Assembly (NCBI GenBank): GCA_963662465.1
Contig: OY759599.1
Coordinates: 4,608,001-4,672,000, forward strand
DNA length: 64,000 nt
From: Desulfatiglandales bacterium
Lineage (GTDB): Bacteria > Desulfobacterota > DSM-4660 > Desulfatiglandales > Desulfatiglandaceae
Direction: 5' to 3'
Below, one piece after another: positions 1-9,004 of this stretch. Both the position numbers and the translations under genes were made by a program. Each line of letters opens with the position of its first letter. Position 1 is the first letter of the stretch. The notes under the pieces were generated by a model. That model saw nothing but the letters and a program-made list of their open reading frames with translations, had not been told where the DNA came from and searched no databases.

Positions 1-379
1 GTTTAGTAAAACAAGTTTTGCAGCTCAGTATTATGGTGTGAGAGAAGCCGCAATGATTGTGCATGATGAGCATATCGGTATCGGTAAAGGCGTATTCCAT
101 TTATTCAGGCTACCGGAAACTCATGAAATTGAAATGCATCGCCTTCTGAACAATCCGGATACAAAAACAGCTGTTCAAGATCTCATCAAAAATAGGGAAG
201 CAGCAGAACAATTTTTATCTGAATTCGGGGAAGACAATGGTGAACAAACCGTTGGCCCTTATCGACTGGATGATACAAGCAAAATCTTAATCCCCAAAAC
301 CTGGGAAAAAGTTGCCGGACAATATGCAGCTGCATTTAAAAATGGCAATAAGACGTTCCCCTATTTCACGACATCATAA
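1..379 (+). CDS. brxE: BrxE-family protein, 5' end outside the window
   Basis: Frame is open from position 2. Motif AA..HDEHIG.G...HLFRLP..E resembles BrxE; first gene of the BREX cluster. Confidence 0.7.
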   Translation, partial: FSKTSFAAQYYGVREAAMIVHDEHIGIGKGVFHLFRLPETHEIEMHRLLNNPDTKTAVQDLIKNREAAEQFLSEFGEDNGEQTVGPYRLDDTSKILIPKTWEKVAGQYAAAFKNGNKTFPYFTTS

Positions 380-1164
380 TGAATAACCACAAACCATACA
401 CCACACAACTAAGCGCCGGCCAGGGAGCAATTGACGAAACCCGAACACTCCTGGATCTGTGGCAGCCGGGAATAAAAGCATCTGCGCTATATCAGACTGC
501 TCTGGATTCTGGTTATTTTTCCAATGTAACCGCAAGGCGGTTACGCAATATTGTGAAGGAATGTTTTTTGCCCAGATACCTCGTTAAAGGGGATTATCCT
601 GCCGTTTTATTAAAAGCACTAAAAAACAACCTTTCCTCAGCAGAATTGTCGAAACTATTTTTTCTTTTCACCGCAAGGGCCAATCCGATTTTGGCGGATT
701 TTGTCAAAATGGTTTATTGGGCCAAATATGTCAGCGGCCAAGATTCAATCAGCAACACGGATGCAAAAAATTTTGTCATTGAAGCAAACCAGAACAGCAA
801 AACCATTCGTTATTGGTCAGAACGTACCATTCAAAGGATGGCGGGTTATCTAACCGGCTGCTGCGCAGACTTTGGCATGCTTGAAAAAGGCCGCAAAAGT
901 GTCCGTAAAATCATACCCTTTCGGATCGAACAAAAGGCAATGGCTTTACTGGCATATGATCTTCATTTTGCCGGTTTTGGTGATAACGCAGTAATTGCGC
1001 ATCCGGACTGGGAGTTGTTCGGATTGGAAAAAGAAGATTTGAAAGAGGAAATGAAACGTCTTTCTCTTAAAGGTTTTTTTATCATTCAATCTGCCGGAGA
1101 CGTTATACGCATTGGATGGAATCATAAAAGTTGGGAGGACCTGATTCATGTCATCGCTAAATGA
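379..1164 (+). CDS. brxA: BREX protein BrxA (DUF1819-like)
   Basis: 261 aa; YTTQL.AG.G...ET..LL..W and WS..T..R...YL.G...DFG motifs; position between brxE and brxB. Confidence 0.75.
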   Translation: MNNHKPYTTQLSAGQGAIDETRTLLDLWQPGIKASALYQTALDSGYFSNVTARRLRNIVKECFLPRYLVKGDYPAVLLKALKNNLSSAELSKLFFLFTARANPILADFVKMVYWAKYVSGQDSISNTDAKNFVIEANQNSKTIRYWSERTIQRMAGYLTGCCADFGMLEKGRKSVRKIIPFRIEQKAMALLAYDLHFAGFGDNAVIAHPDWELFGLEKEDLKEEMKRLSLKGFFIIQSAGDVIRIGWNHKSWEDLIHVIAK

Positions 1165-1552
1165 TGATTTCAAAGAATTGTTGGAACGAATACGGCATGG
1201 CCGCGAACTTGGGCACGCCAGCTTTGAGCCGATTTATTATCTCGTATTTTCACCATCCAAGATTTTGGAAGTGAAACGGCAAATGCCGGCCTGGACAGCC
1301 AAGTTGAAAAATGACGGATGGAATGTACATATCTTTTCAATTATGGAAAATATTGCACAAATACTTGAAAACGCTCCCCTCAGAAAGATATGGCTCACGG
1401 CTGACAGCAAAAACCCAACCAATTGGGAAAAAACCAATCAGTCTTTAGCAAATACATTAAGCAATGGGTCTTTGCAAAAAGCACTCGAACAAAAGCTTGC
1501 TGAATTGGATAATCGAGTAATCTATCATAGGTGTTGGAATGGAAAAAATTAA
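1148..1552 (+). pseudogene. brxB: BrxB (DUF1788-like), apparently C-terminally truncated
   Basis: N-terminus (ASFEPIYYLVF..) fits BrxB. At 134 aa it seems short, and it runs into brxC with a non-homologous-looking tail after about 1510. Confidence 0.55.
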
Positions 1553-4500
1553 AGAACTGTTTGATCCCAAAAAAAATATACGGCGGACCATTGAAAAAGT
1601 CATCACCTATAATGCATCCCAGGAAAACAGGCTGAAAGCCGAGATAACGGAATATGTCGTCACTCATAGTATTGAAGACCAGTTTGAAAAATTGCTTTCA
1701 AGAATGCAGGCAGCGCTGGAAGCCGGAGGTGAAAATGAAGTCGGTGTATGGGTTTCCGGTTTTTATGGTTCCGGAAAAAGCTCATTTACCAAGTATTTAG
1801 GATTGGCCTTTGATGACCAAGTTCAAATTGACGGAACGCCTTTTATAAAGCACTTGCAGGATCGGCTCCATAAAGCCCAGACCAAAGCACTCTTGTCAAC
1901 TGTTTCCAAACGGTTTCCCGCAGCGGTTGTCTTTTTGGACCTTGCCAGTGAAATGCTTGCCGGTGCCACCATGGAAGATGTATCCACGGTGCTTTTTTAT
2001 AAAGTGCTTCAATTTGCAGGTTACTCACGCAATATAAAAGTGGCGGCTTTTGAACGCAGGCTTCAAAAAGATGGCCGGTATGACGAATTCAAACAAAAAG
2101 TCAAGACCGATATAGGTACCGATTGGCCGTCCATTCAAAATGACCCCCTCGTTGTAGACAGCATGATTCCGGATATTGCCCATCAGATGTATCCTGAAAT
2201 ATTTAAAACCTCATCCGCATTTAACACGGAAACAAGCGACTTTATTCAATTTGAAAATGAACGTGTCAAAGAAATGTTAGATATTGTGCGCGATGCCACC
2301 GGCAAACAACATATTCTTTTTATAATTGATGAAGTGGGGCAATATATTGGGTCACGCCAAAATCTTATCCTTAATATGGACGGGCTTGCCAAAAACCTTA
2401 AACAAATCGGCGACGGCAAAGTCTGGATTATCAGTACCGCCCAACAAACACTTACCGAAGATGATCCCAGGGCAGCGCTCAACTCTCCGGCACTTTACAA
2501 ACTAAAAGACCGTTTTCCGATTCAAATTGACCTGGAATCCAGCGATATCAAAGAAATTTGTTACAAGCGATTATTGGGCAAATCTTCAGCAGGCGAAAAA
2601 TTACTGGATAATTGTTTCGTCAAAAACGGTGAGGCATTAAGGCACAATACAAAACTTCAGGACGCCAAGTATTATGACTCTGATTTTAATAAAGAGACCT
2701 TTATAAACCTGTATCCTTTTTTGCCGGCACATTTTGATATCCTTCTTCATCTTTTGGGCGCATTGGCAAAATCCACTGGTGGCATCGGCCTCCGATCAGC
2801 CATTAAAGTGGTGCAGGATATATTAATAGAAGGTATCGCAAATCAACCGTCGGTGGCCGAACAATTGGTGGGTTGGCTGACCACAACCGTCATTATCTAT
2901 GATGCCTTGGAAAAAGACACCCGACGGGCCTTTCCTTCCATTCACCAGGCAGTGGGAAAGGTGCTGATCCGGTTTAATGATTCAAAGATTCATCAAGATG
3001 TTGCCAAGACAGTAGCCATTCTTCAGATTTTGGGCAACCTGCCTGTAACAATTCAAAATGTGTCCAGCTTAATGCACCCAGGCATCACTTCCCCATCCTG
3101 CAAGGATCAAGTGCAAACAGCCGTGAATGAATTAATCAATGATCCGTTTGTCCCGTTTGGGGAACAAGAAGGGAATCTCTGTTTTTTCAGTGAAAAACTT
3201 AATGACATTGAACTGGAGCGCTCCCAAATTCCCTTACGAACCATAGAAACCCGGCGGCTTTTTAATGAAGCATTAAAAGAAGCCTTCAATCCTTTGCCAA
3301 CCACCCGATTAAACGGCACATTGGTGGTCCGGACCGGATTGAAATCCCAGAGCGGATCATTTGCCGCAAGTCTTGCTGGTGAGCGCGAAACCATTCAGAC
3401 CATTGTGGAACTTAGCGCACCAGGTAATTTTGATACGGATCATACCCGAATAATCGATGAGTCCAGGGCGCGCAGTTCTCAATACACAATCTATCTTCTG
3501 GGCAAAGAAGATCCGGTTGTGAATGACAAACTGGCGGAAATGTATCGTTGCCGGGAAATTTGCAATCGCTATCGAAATGAACCCGACCAGGAAGTAAAAG
3601 AATACTGTTCTGCGCAATCAGACCGATCAACAAAACTGGCAAATGAGCTGCAACACCTTATTAAGCGATCCCTTGCCAAAGGAAGTTTTTTGTTTCGTGG
3701 CAAATCAACGGCGGTGGACAACTTGGATCAAGATTTGCTCGAATCATGCAAAAAACATCTTGCAAGTGTTGCCCCCCAGGTGTTTGATAAAAATTCCGAA
3801 GCCCCGGTCCGTGTGGACACCTCTTTGGCTGAAAAATTTTTAAAAGCAGGCAATTTGTCTGCCATCACATCTCAAATTGATCCATTGGATCTTGTGCAGA
3901 CCGTCGGTGCCACCCCATCGATACGCAAAGACCATATTTCTTTGATCAGCATCCGTGACTATATCGACCGCAATGGAACAGTTGAAGGAAAACGTTTGAT
4001 AGAGCACTTCACAAGTGCCCCATTCGGATGGTCTCAAGACACATTACGATATCTTATTGCCGCATTGCTTCTTGCCGGTGAAATCAAGCTAAAGGTTTCC
4101 GGCCGGGAAGTTACCGTGAATGGCCAACAGGCCATTGATGCCCTAAAGACAAACAATACCTTTAAATCCGTTGGGATCTCTCTGCGTGAGGGAAGGCCTT
4201 CTAATGAAATCCTTGCGCGAGCGGCGGAACGTTTGACGGATTTGATCGGCGATACGGTCGTTCCATTGGAAGATGAAATCAGTAAAGCCACAGCAAAGTA
4301 TCTGCCCCAATTTCAATCTAAATACGCCCCATTAGCGGAAAAGCTGGATACTTTAAATCTCCCGGGAGCAGATCGTTTAAAATCGGTTAGCAAAGAGATC
4401 GCAGATATTCTTTTTACCGATGCATCCGATGCCCCGGAACGGCTCGGCGGGGAAGAATCCGGTCTATACGATAATCTAAAATGGGCGGGGATTGTAGATA

Positions 4501-5165
4501 TAGCATTTAAACAAGGGCTGGAAAGCACTATAAAGGAACTGCAGCAGCATCTTACAGCTATTAATTCATTCCCAGAGTCTGGCGTGCCGGGATTATTGCG
4601 GCAAGATCTTGCAGAAGAAATTTCGCTATTAGAAGAACGTCTTTCAACTGAAAATTTTTTCCGAAATGCAACCGAGTTTACCACTGCGCTAACCAGCATT
4701 AAAACATGTGTCCGTGATGCCACAGAAAAAATGAATGAAGTACAGGAAAAAACCATTAAAGAAGCAGAAACAGACCTTAGGCGATTAAACGAATGGCATG
4801 AGCTGACTCAGGAAGAGCAAACCAGCGTTTTATCACAAATTGAAAATTTTAAGATTACGCCGGAAGAAAACATTGATGGAATAAAACAACTTATCACCCA
4901 AGAGTTTAATATTTATACGACGATCCAAGACATACGCAAAAGAATCATCTCCATGGGAGAAGAACGTGCAGCCAAAAAAGAAAAAGAACGGCTGGAAAAA
5001 GCAAAAGAAGAAAACACTTATTTAAAAACGTATTCAATCCCCCTTAAGATTATCTCTCTTCAGCAGCTAAACGATATGCTGAAGAATATTGAGCAAATTC
5101 GAGTGGATGCTATAAAACACGATAAGTTCGAAATACGTTTTATTGTTGAACCGTCATCTGATTGA
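1539..5165 (+). CDS. brxC: BREX P-loop ATPase BrxC
   Basis: 1208 aa; Walker A WVSGFYGSGKS, Walker B IIDEVGQY, YPFLP motif, coiled-coil C-terminus. Confidence 0.92.
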   Translation: MEKIKELFDPKKNIRRTIEKVITYNASQENRLKAEITEYVVTHSIEDQFEKLLSRMQAALEAGGENEVGVWVSGFYGSGKSSFTKYLGLAFDDQVQIDGTPFIKHLQDRLHKAQTKALLSTVSKRFPAAVVFLDLASEMLAGATMEDVSTVLFYKVLQFAGYSRNIKVAAFERRLQKDGRYDEFKQKVKTDIGTDWPSIQNDPLVVDSMIPDIAHQMYPEIFKTSSAFNTETSDFIQFENERVKEMLDIVRDATGKQHILFIIDEVGQYIGSRQNLILNMDGLAKNLKQIGDGKVWIISTAQQTLTEDDPRAALNSPALYKLKDRFPIQIDLESSDIKEICYKRLLGKSSAGEKLLDNCFVKNGEALRHNTKLQDAKYYDSDFNKETFINLYPFLPAHFDILLHLLGALAKSTGGIGLRSAIKVVQDILIEGIANQPSVAEQLVGWLTTTVIIYDALEKDTRRAFPSIHQAVGKVLIRFNDSKIHQDVAKTVAILQILGNLPVTIQNVSSLMHPGITSPSCKDQVQTAVNELINDPFVPFGEQEGNLCFFSEKLNDIELERSQIPLRTIETRRLFNEALKEAFNPLPTTRLNGTLVVRTGLKSQSGSFAASLAGERETIQTIVELSAPGNFDTDHTRIIDESRARSSQYTIYLLGKEDPVVNDKLAEMYRCREICNRYRNEPDQEVKEYCSAQSDRSTKLANELQHLIKRSLAKGSFLFRGKSTAVDNLDQDLLESCKKHLASVAPQVFDKNSEAPVRVDTSLAEKFLKAGNLSAITSQIDPLDLVQTVGATPSIRKDHISLISIRDYIDRNGTVEGKRLIEHFTSAPFGWSQDTLRYLIAALLLAGEIKLKVSGREVTVNGQQAIDALKTNNTFKSVGISLREGRPSNEILARAAERLTDLIGDTVVPLEDEISKATAKYLPQFQSKYAPLAEKLDTLNLPGADRLKSVSKEIADILFTDASDAPERLGGEESGLYDNLKWAGIVDIAFKQGLESTIKELQQHLTAINSFPESGVPGLLRQDLAEEISLLEERLSTENFFRNATEFTTALTSIKTCVRDATEKMNEVQEKTIKEAETDLRRLNEWHELTQEEQTSVLSQIENFKITPEENIDGIKQLITQEFNIYTTIQDIRKRIISMGEERAAKKEKERLEKAKEENTYLKTYSIPLKIISLQQLNDMLKNIEQIRVDAIKHDKFEIRFIVEPSSD

Positions 5166-5182
5166 AAACAAGGAGCAGATGG

Positions 5183-6220
5183 ATGATTAATTCGATTTCA
5201 ATAAAGAATTTTACAGCGTTTAAAGATCTTACCGTCAAGTACGGTAAGGGCATCAATGTGTTTTTAGGCGCTAATAGTACAGGAAAATCTCACCTCCTGA
5301 AACTGATGTATGCCTTGTGCGCCGCCAACAAACCGCTCGAAAAGGAACTTTTCGGCGATCCGCAACACTACATATCCAGTAAATTAAAAGGCGTTTTTAA
5401 GCCGGAAGGGAAAATCGGGCGACTCTGTCGCAATGATGAAAAAGCAATCATTCGTGCGGATTTCATTCCCGATCGATCCATTGAATTTGCATTTTCCAGT
5501 GATATGGATGAAGTCGTTATAACGGACAATCAATCATATGAAAAATATAGCTGGGAGCCGGTGTTTATCCCGCCAAAAGAGATGCTCAGCCTTTTTGAAG
5601 GCTTCTCAAGTCTTTATCTTAAGCGTGAACTCACCATTGATGAGACTTATTTTGATCTTTGCCAGGCCATTGAAACCCCCAAATTGAAAGGTGACCATAG
5701 CAAACAGGCATCTAATCTGTTGAAAAAAATAAAGAACATCTGTGAAGGCGAGTTTTTGCTCGTAAAGCAAAAAAAATTCTATTTCAAGCCGACAAAAGGC
5801 GAAATGCTTGAAGTCGAACTGGCTGCTGAAGGGTTTCGCAAATTGGGCATTCTGCAGCGTTTGATTGAAAATGGTCATATCCTGCCTGGCATAACCGGCC
5901 CGTTATTCTGGGATGAACCGGAATCAAACCTCAACCCCTCCCTCATGAAACAACTGGTGATCATTTTGTTGGAAATGGCGCGTGGGGGGCAGCAGATCTT
6001 TTTGGCAACCCATGATTACGTTGTTTTGAAATGGCTTGAGTTACTAAAGAATAAAGATGAGCAGATTTTTTTCCATGCGTTATATAAAAACGATGATGGA
6101 GAAATCGAACTAAACAGTACGGATGATTACTTAAAAATTTGCCCCAATGCCATTGATACAGCGTATTCTGATCTGATCGACCAGGATATTGAAAATACCA
6201 TGGGAGGCCTGGGCAAATGA
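5183..6220 (+). CDS. ABC/AAA_15-AAA_21-type ATPase
   Basis: GANSTGKS Walker A, AEGFRKLG signature, WDEPESNLNP, ATHD. ATG at 5183 follows AGGAG. Confidence 0.85.
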   Translation: MINSISIKNFTAFKDLTVKYGKGINVFLGANSTGKSHLLKLMYALCAANKPLEKELFGDPQHYISSKLKGVFKPEGKIGRLCRNDEKAIIRADFIPDRSIEFAFSSDMDEVVITDNQSYEKYSWEPVFIPPKEMLSLFEGFSSLYLKRELTIDETYFDLCQAIETPKLKGDHSKQASNLLKKIKNICEGEFLLVKQKKFYFKPTKGEMLEVELAAEGFRKLGILQRLIENGHILPGITGPLFWDEPESNLNPSLMKQLVIILLEMARGGQQIFLATHDYVVLKWLELLKNKDEQIFFHALYKNDDGEIELNSTDDYLKICPNAIDTAYSDLIDQDIENTMGGLGK

Positions 6221-6699
6221 GGGTCAGTGCGGACGGATTTGAGTTCGATTTTACAGATGCAATAGACGCCTTTATATTTGATGAAAAAGATAAACACCTG
6301 CCGACCTATCATGGATTGTCCCATGCCATGAAAGCCGTGGATATTGTTGTTGAACTTGAAAATGAATATCTGTTTGTTGAAGTGAAGGATTTTTACGCGC
6401 CCGAAGACTATCATGACAAGGACCATTTCAAGCATTTGACGGATGCTTTAAAGTATAAATACCGGGACTCGTTTTTATATCGCTGGGCTGAAAACAAAGT
6501 CGAAAAACCTGTCTATTATCTCTGTCTTCTGACCTTGGACAATGCCCTTATTTCGAGGATGAACAAGGAAATCCGCATACATCTGCCCTCCGGCCGGCCA
6601 ATTGATCGTTGGGAAAAAGAACTTTTACATGAATCACTGGTCTTAAATGAAGAACGGTGGAATCATAATTTCCCCAAATGGCCAGTCAGCCGTTCGTAA
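6217..6699 (+). CDS. Hypothetical protein, putative PD-(D/E)xK nuclease partner of the ATPase
   Basis: ATGA overlap with the ATPase; AVDIVVE...LFVEVKD resembles a D..(D/E)xK catalytic motif. Confidence 0.55.
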   Translation: MRVSADGFEFDFTDAIDAFIFDEKDKHLPTYHGLSHAMKAVDIVVELENEYLFVEVKDFYAPEDYHDKDHFKHLTDALKYKYRDSFLYRWAENKVEKPVYYLCLLTLDNALISRMNKEIRIHLPSGRPIDRWEKELLHESLVLNEERWNHNFPKWPVSRS

Positions 6700-6726
6700 C
6701 CCAAAATTTTATAAGGATACCCTTTC

Positions 6727-7400
6727 ATGGCGTTTGATCAGGCCACCAGAAATAAACTCCAGAAATTTGTATCAGAAGCTCGGGGCTTACTTGCAGACGA
6801 ATTTTCCCGGCAAATGCAAAATGATTATGGCATGGACCCGGATACCGGGGCGGTGAGTACTATCGACAGTCTTCCCCGGTTAACGGATGCACAACACCAA
6901 ACCGCAAAATTATTGCGGGAAACAATGGCCCATTACCAGGCATCCGATTCCGGAAATGATGTAAAGGAGATCTTGGGCCGAATCGTCCGGGAGCAGGCGT
7001 TTACGGTTTTAAACCGGCTGTGTGCCCTGCGCATGGCTGAAGCCCGTGGCATTTTAATTGAATCCATTGCAAAAGAGTACAACTCAAAAGGGTTTCAGTT
7101 GTATGCGCGTGTAGCCGGGACCTCTTTGGGTGAAACCGGTGATGCCTATAGGAACTATCTGTTCAGCGTGTTTGATGAATTTGCAATCGATTTGGCCGTT
7201 TTGTTTGACCGATATTCCCCCATGGGCAGGCTTTTTCCAAAAGAATCCGTCCTTTTGAAACTCCTTGACCAAATCAATGATGTTGAGATCGAAACCTTGT
7301 GGGCCGAAGATGAAACCATTGGCTGGATTTATCAGTATTTTAATTCAAAAGAAGAACGGAAGAAAATGCGGGATGAATCCTCCGCCCCGCGAAACAGCCG
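6727..7400 (+). pseudogene. pglX: PglX (BREX methyltransferase) N-terminal fragment; catalytic region deleted
   Basis: REQAFT.LNRL.ALRM.EAR and ETIGWIYQYFN..EERK.MR..S.APRNSR, then homology stops. No FFTP, DPACGS or NPPY motifs. The ORF reads on in junk sequence to 7581. Confidence 0.85.
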
Positions 7401-8756
7401 GGTGAAGGTCTTGGAACCGAATTTCAAACTTCTGCCGAACCCATGGCTCCCATCGCCAAAGTGGTCTGTTCTTTTCTCAATACAAAAGGCGGAACGGTTT
7501 TCTGCGGAGTCGATGAGAATGGAAAAATTGTCGGCATTGAAGATGCCCGCTCCATTGCCTTACGTCTCCAGGCCTTTTTAAATGACGCTATTTCGCCCAA
7601 AGCCTTTTTTTCCGTCAATATCGATGAAGAAGACAGTCGATCGATTATCAACATTGAGGTGCCGCAGGGGAAAGATCGGCCCTATGTATTTGAAGGAGCG
7701 GTTTACATTCGTCAAAAATCGAAAACGCGTACATCTGACGCAATGACGTTAAGGAATATGGTGCAGACCCAATCCATCGAACCCGACCGTTGGGAGCGCC
7801 GGCCGTCCATGGCGCTGGAAGCAGAAGATCTGAACACCAATGAAATTCTTAAAACCATCGAGGATGCAGTTAGATCAGGTCGATTTGACTTCTCGAATGC
7901 GAAGGATCAAATTGCGGTCCTTGCGGAATTGGGGGTCTATCGGTCCTGAATGTACACCCAGGCCGCTGATGTGTTTTTCGCAAAAAATCCTGCCCTCAGG
8001 CATCCCCAGGTCCGGGTTCGCGCCACCCGTTTTGCCGAAGATAAAGGATCGAATGAATTTCTTGATTCCCGGATTTTTCAGGGGCCCCTGGTTCAGGTAC
8101 TAAACAAGGTGCTTGATTTTATGGAGAGAAACCTCCCCATCACTTCACACTTTAACAATGACCGGATTCAGCGGGAGGATAAACCGCAATATCCGGTGTA
8201 TGCGTTGCGCGAAGGACTGGTCAATGCGTTTGCCCACAGAGATTACACCGGTTTTTCAGGAGGTCTTTCAATCGGCATTTATCCTACAAGAATCGAAATT
8301 TGGAACTCCGGACGATTGCCGAAAGAACTGAAGGTAGGGGATTTACGTAAAAACCACCCGTCATTACCGACCAATCCGGATATCGCGCATTTGATTTACA
8401 TCAGGGGCCTGATGGAGCAAATCGGCCGTGGAACACAAAAAGTAATAAACGCATGCCGGGAGCATGGATTGCCCGCCCCTAAATGGCAGGATCAACCATC
8501 CGGCGTGACGCTGACATTATACTCAGCAAAGTCCGCGGTTTCTGATGAGACCCCATTAAATAACCGCCAGAAAGCCTTGATTGAGGCGCTCGCTCCCGGA
8601 GGTGAAATAAGACCTAAAGATTACAGGAAAAATTTCGCATCTGATGTGTCCGAACGCCAGGCACGGCGAGATTTAACGGTTCTCGAAGCATTAGCCTTGC
8701 TGGAGCGAAAGGGGAAAGGGGCGGGCACGCGATATGTGAGAGCTAAGCAGACATGA
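7401..8756 (+). pseudogene. AlbA_2 (Schlafen-like) - HATPase_c_4 - wHTH protein (RecG-annotated family), 5'-truncated, in-frame TGA at 7947-7949
   Basis: GEG..TEF...VCSFLNTKGG.VFCGVDE (AlbA_2); ALREGLVNAFAHRDY and EQIGRGT (HATPase_c_4). ORFs 7443-7949 and 7950-8756 are in the same frame. Confidence 0.8.
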
Positions 8757-9004
8757 ACCGGACATAATCCAGCCATGGCCGGATTAATCCTTAAATATAG
8801 CGTAAAACATTGTAAGTTATATGGAAATTGTTATTACAGAGCAAAACAATTAGGACATTTCCGGACACGAATAGGAACGGCCGGATAATTTCAAAATATG
8901 ATGAAATGATTGTTTAGATGTTTGATTAAACACGAAATTCGCCATTATGTTTGGGGAATTGAATACGTAAAACAGGACATCAAGCGGACATTCGGAGCCA
9001 TGCC

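Noticed and set aside
7947..7949. TGA as selenocysteine (also 62565-62567)
   Set aside because: Neither family is known to be a selenoprotein, no Cys-type context or SECIS was recognised, and both genes carry other lesions.
8757..9004. Recurrent GGACA motifs upstream of pglZ
   Set aside because: Too short and irregular to support a call.
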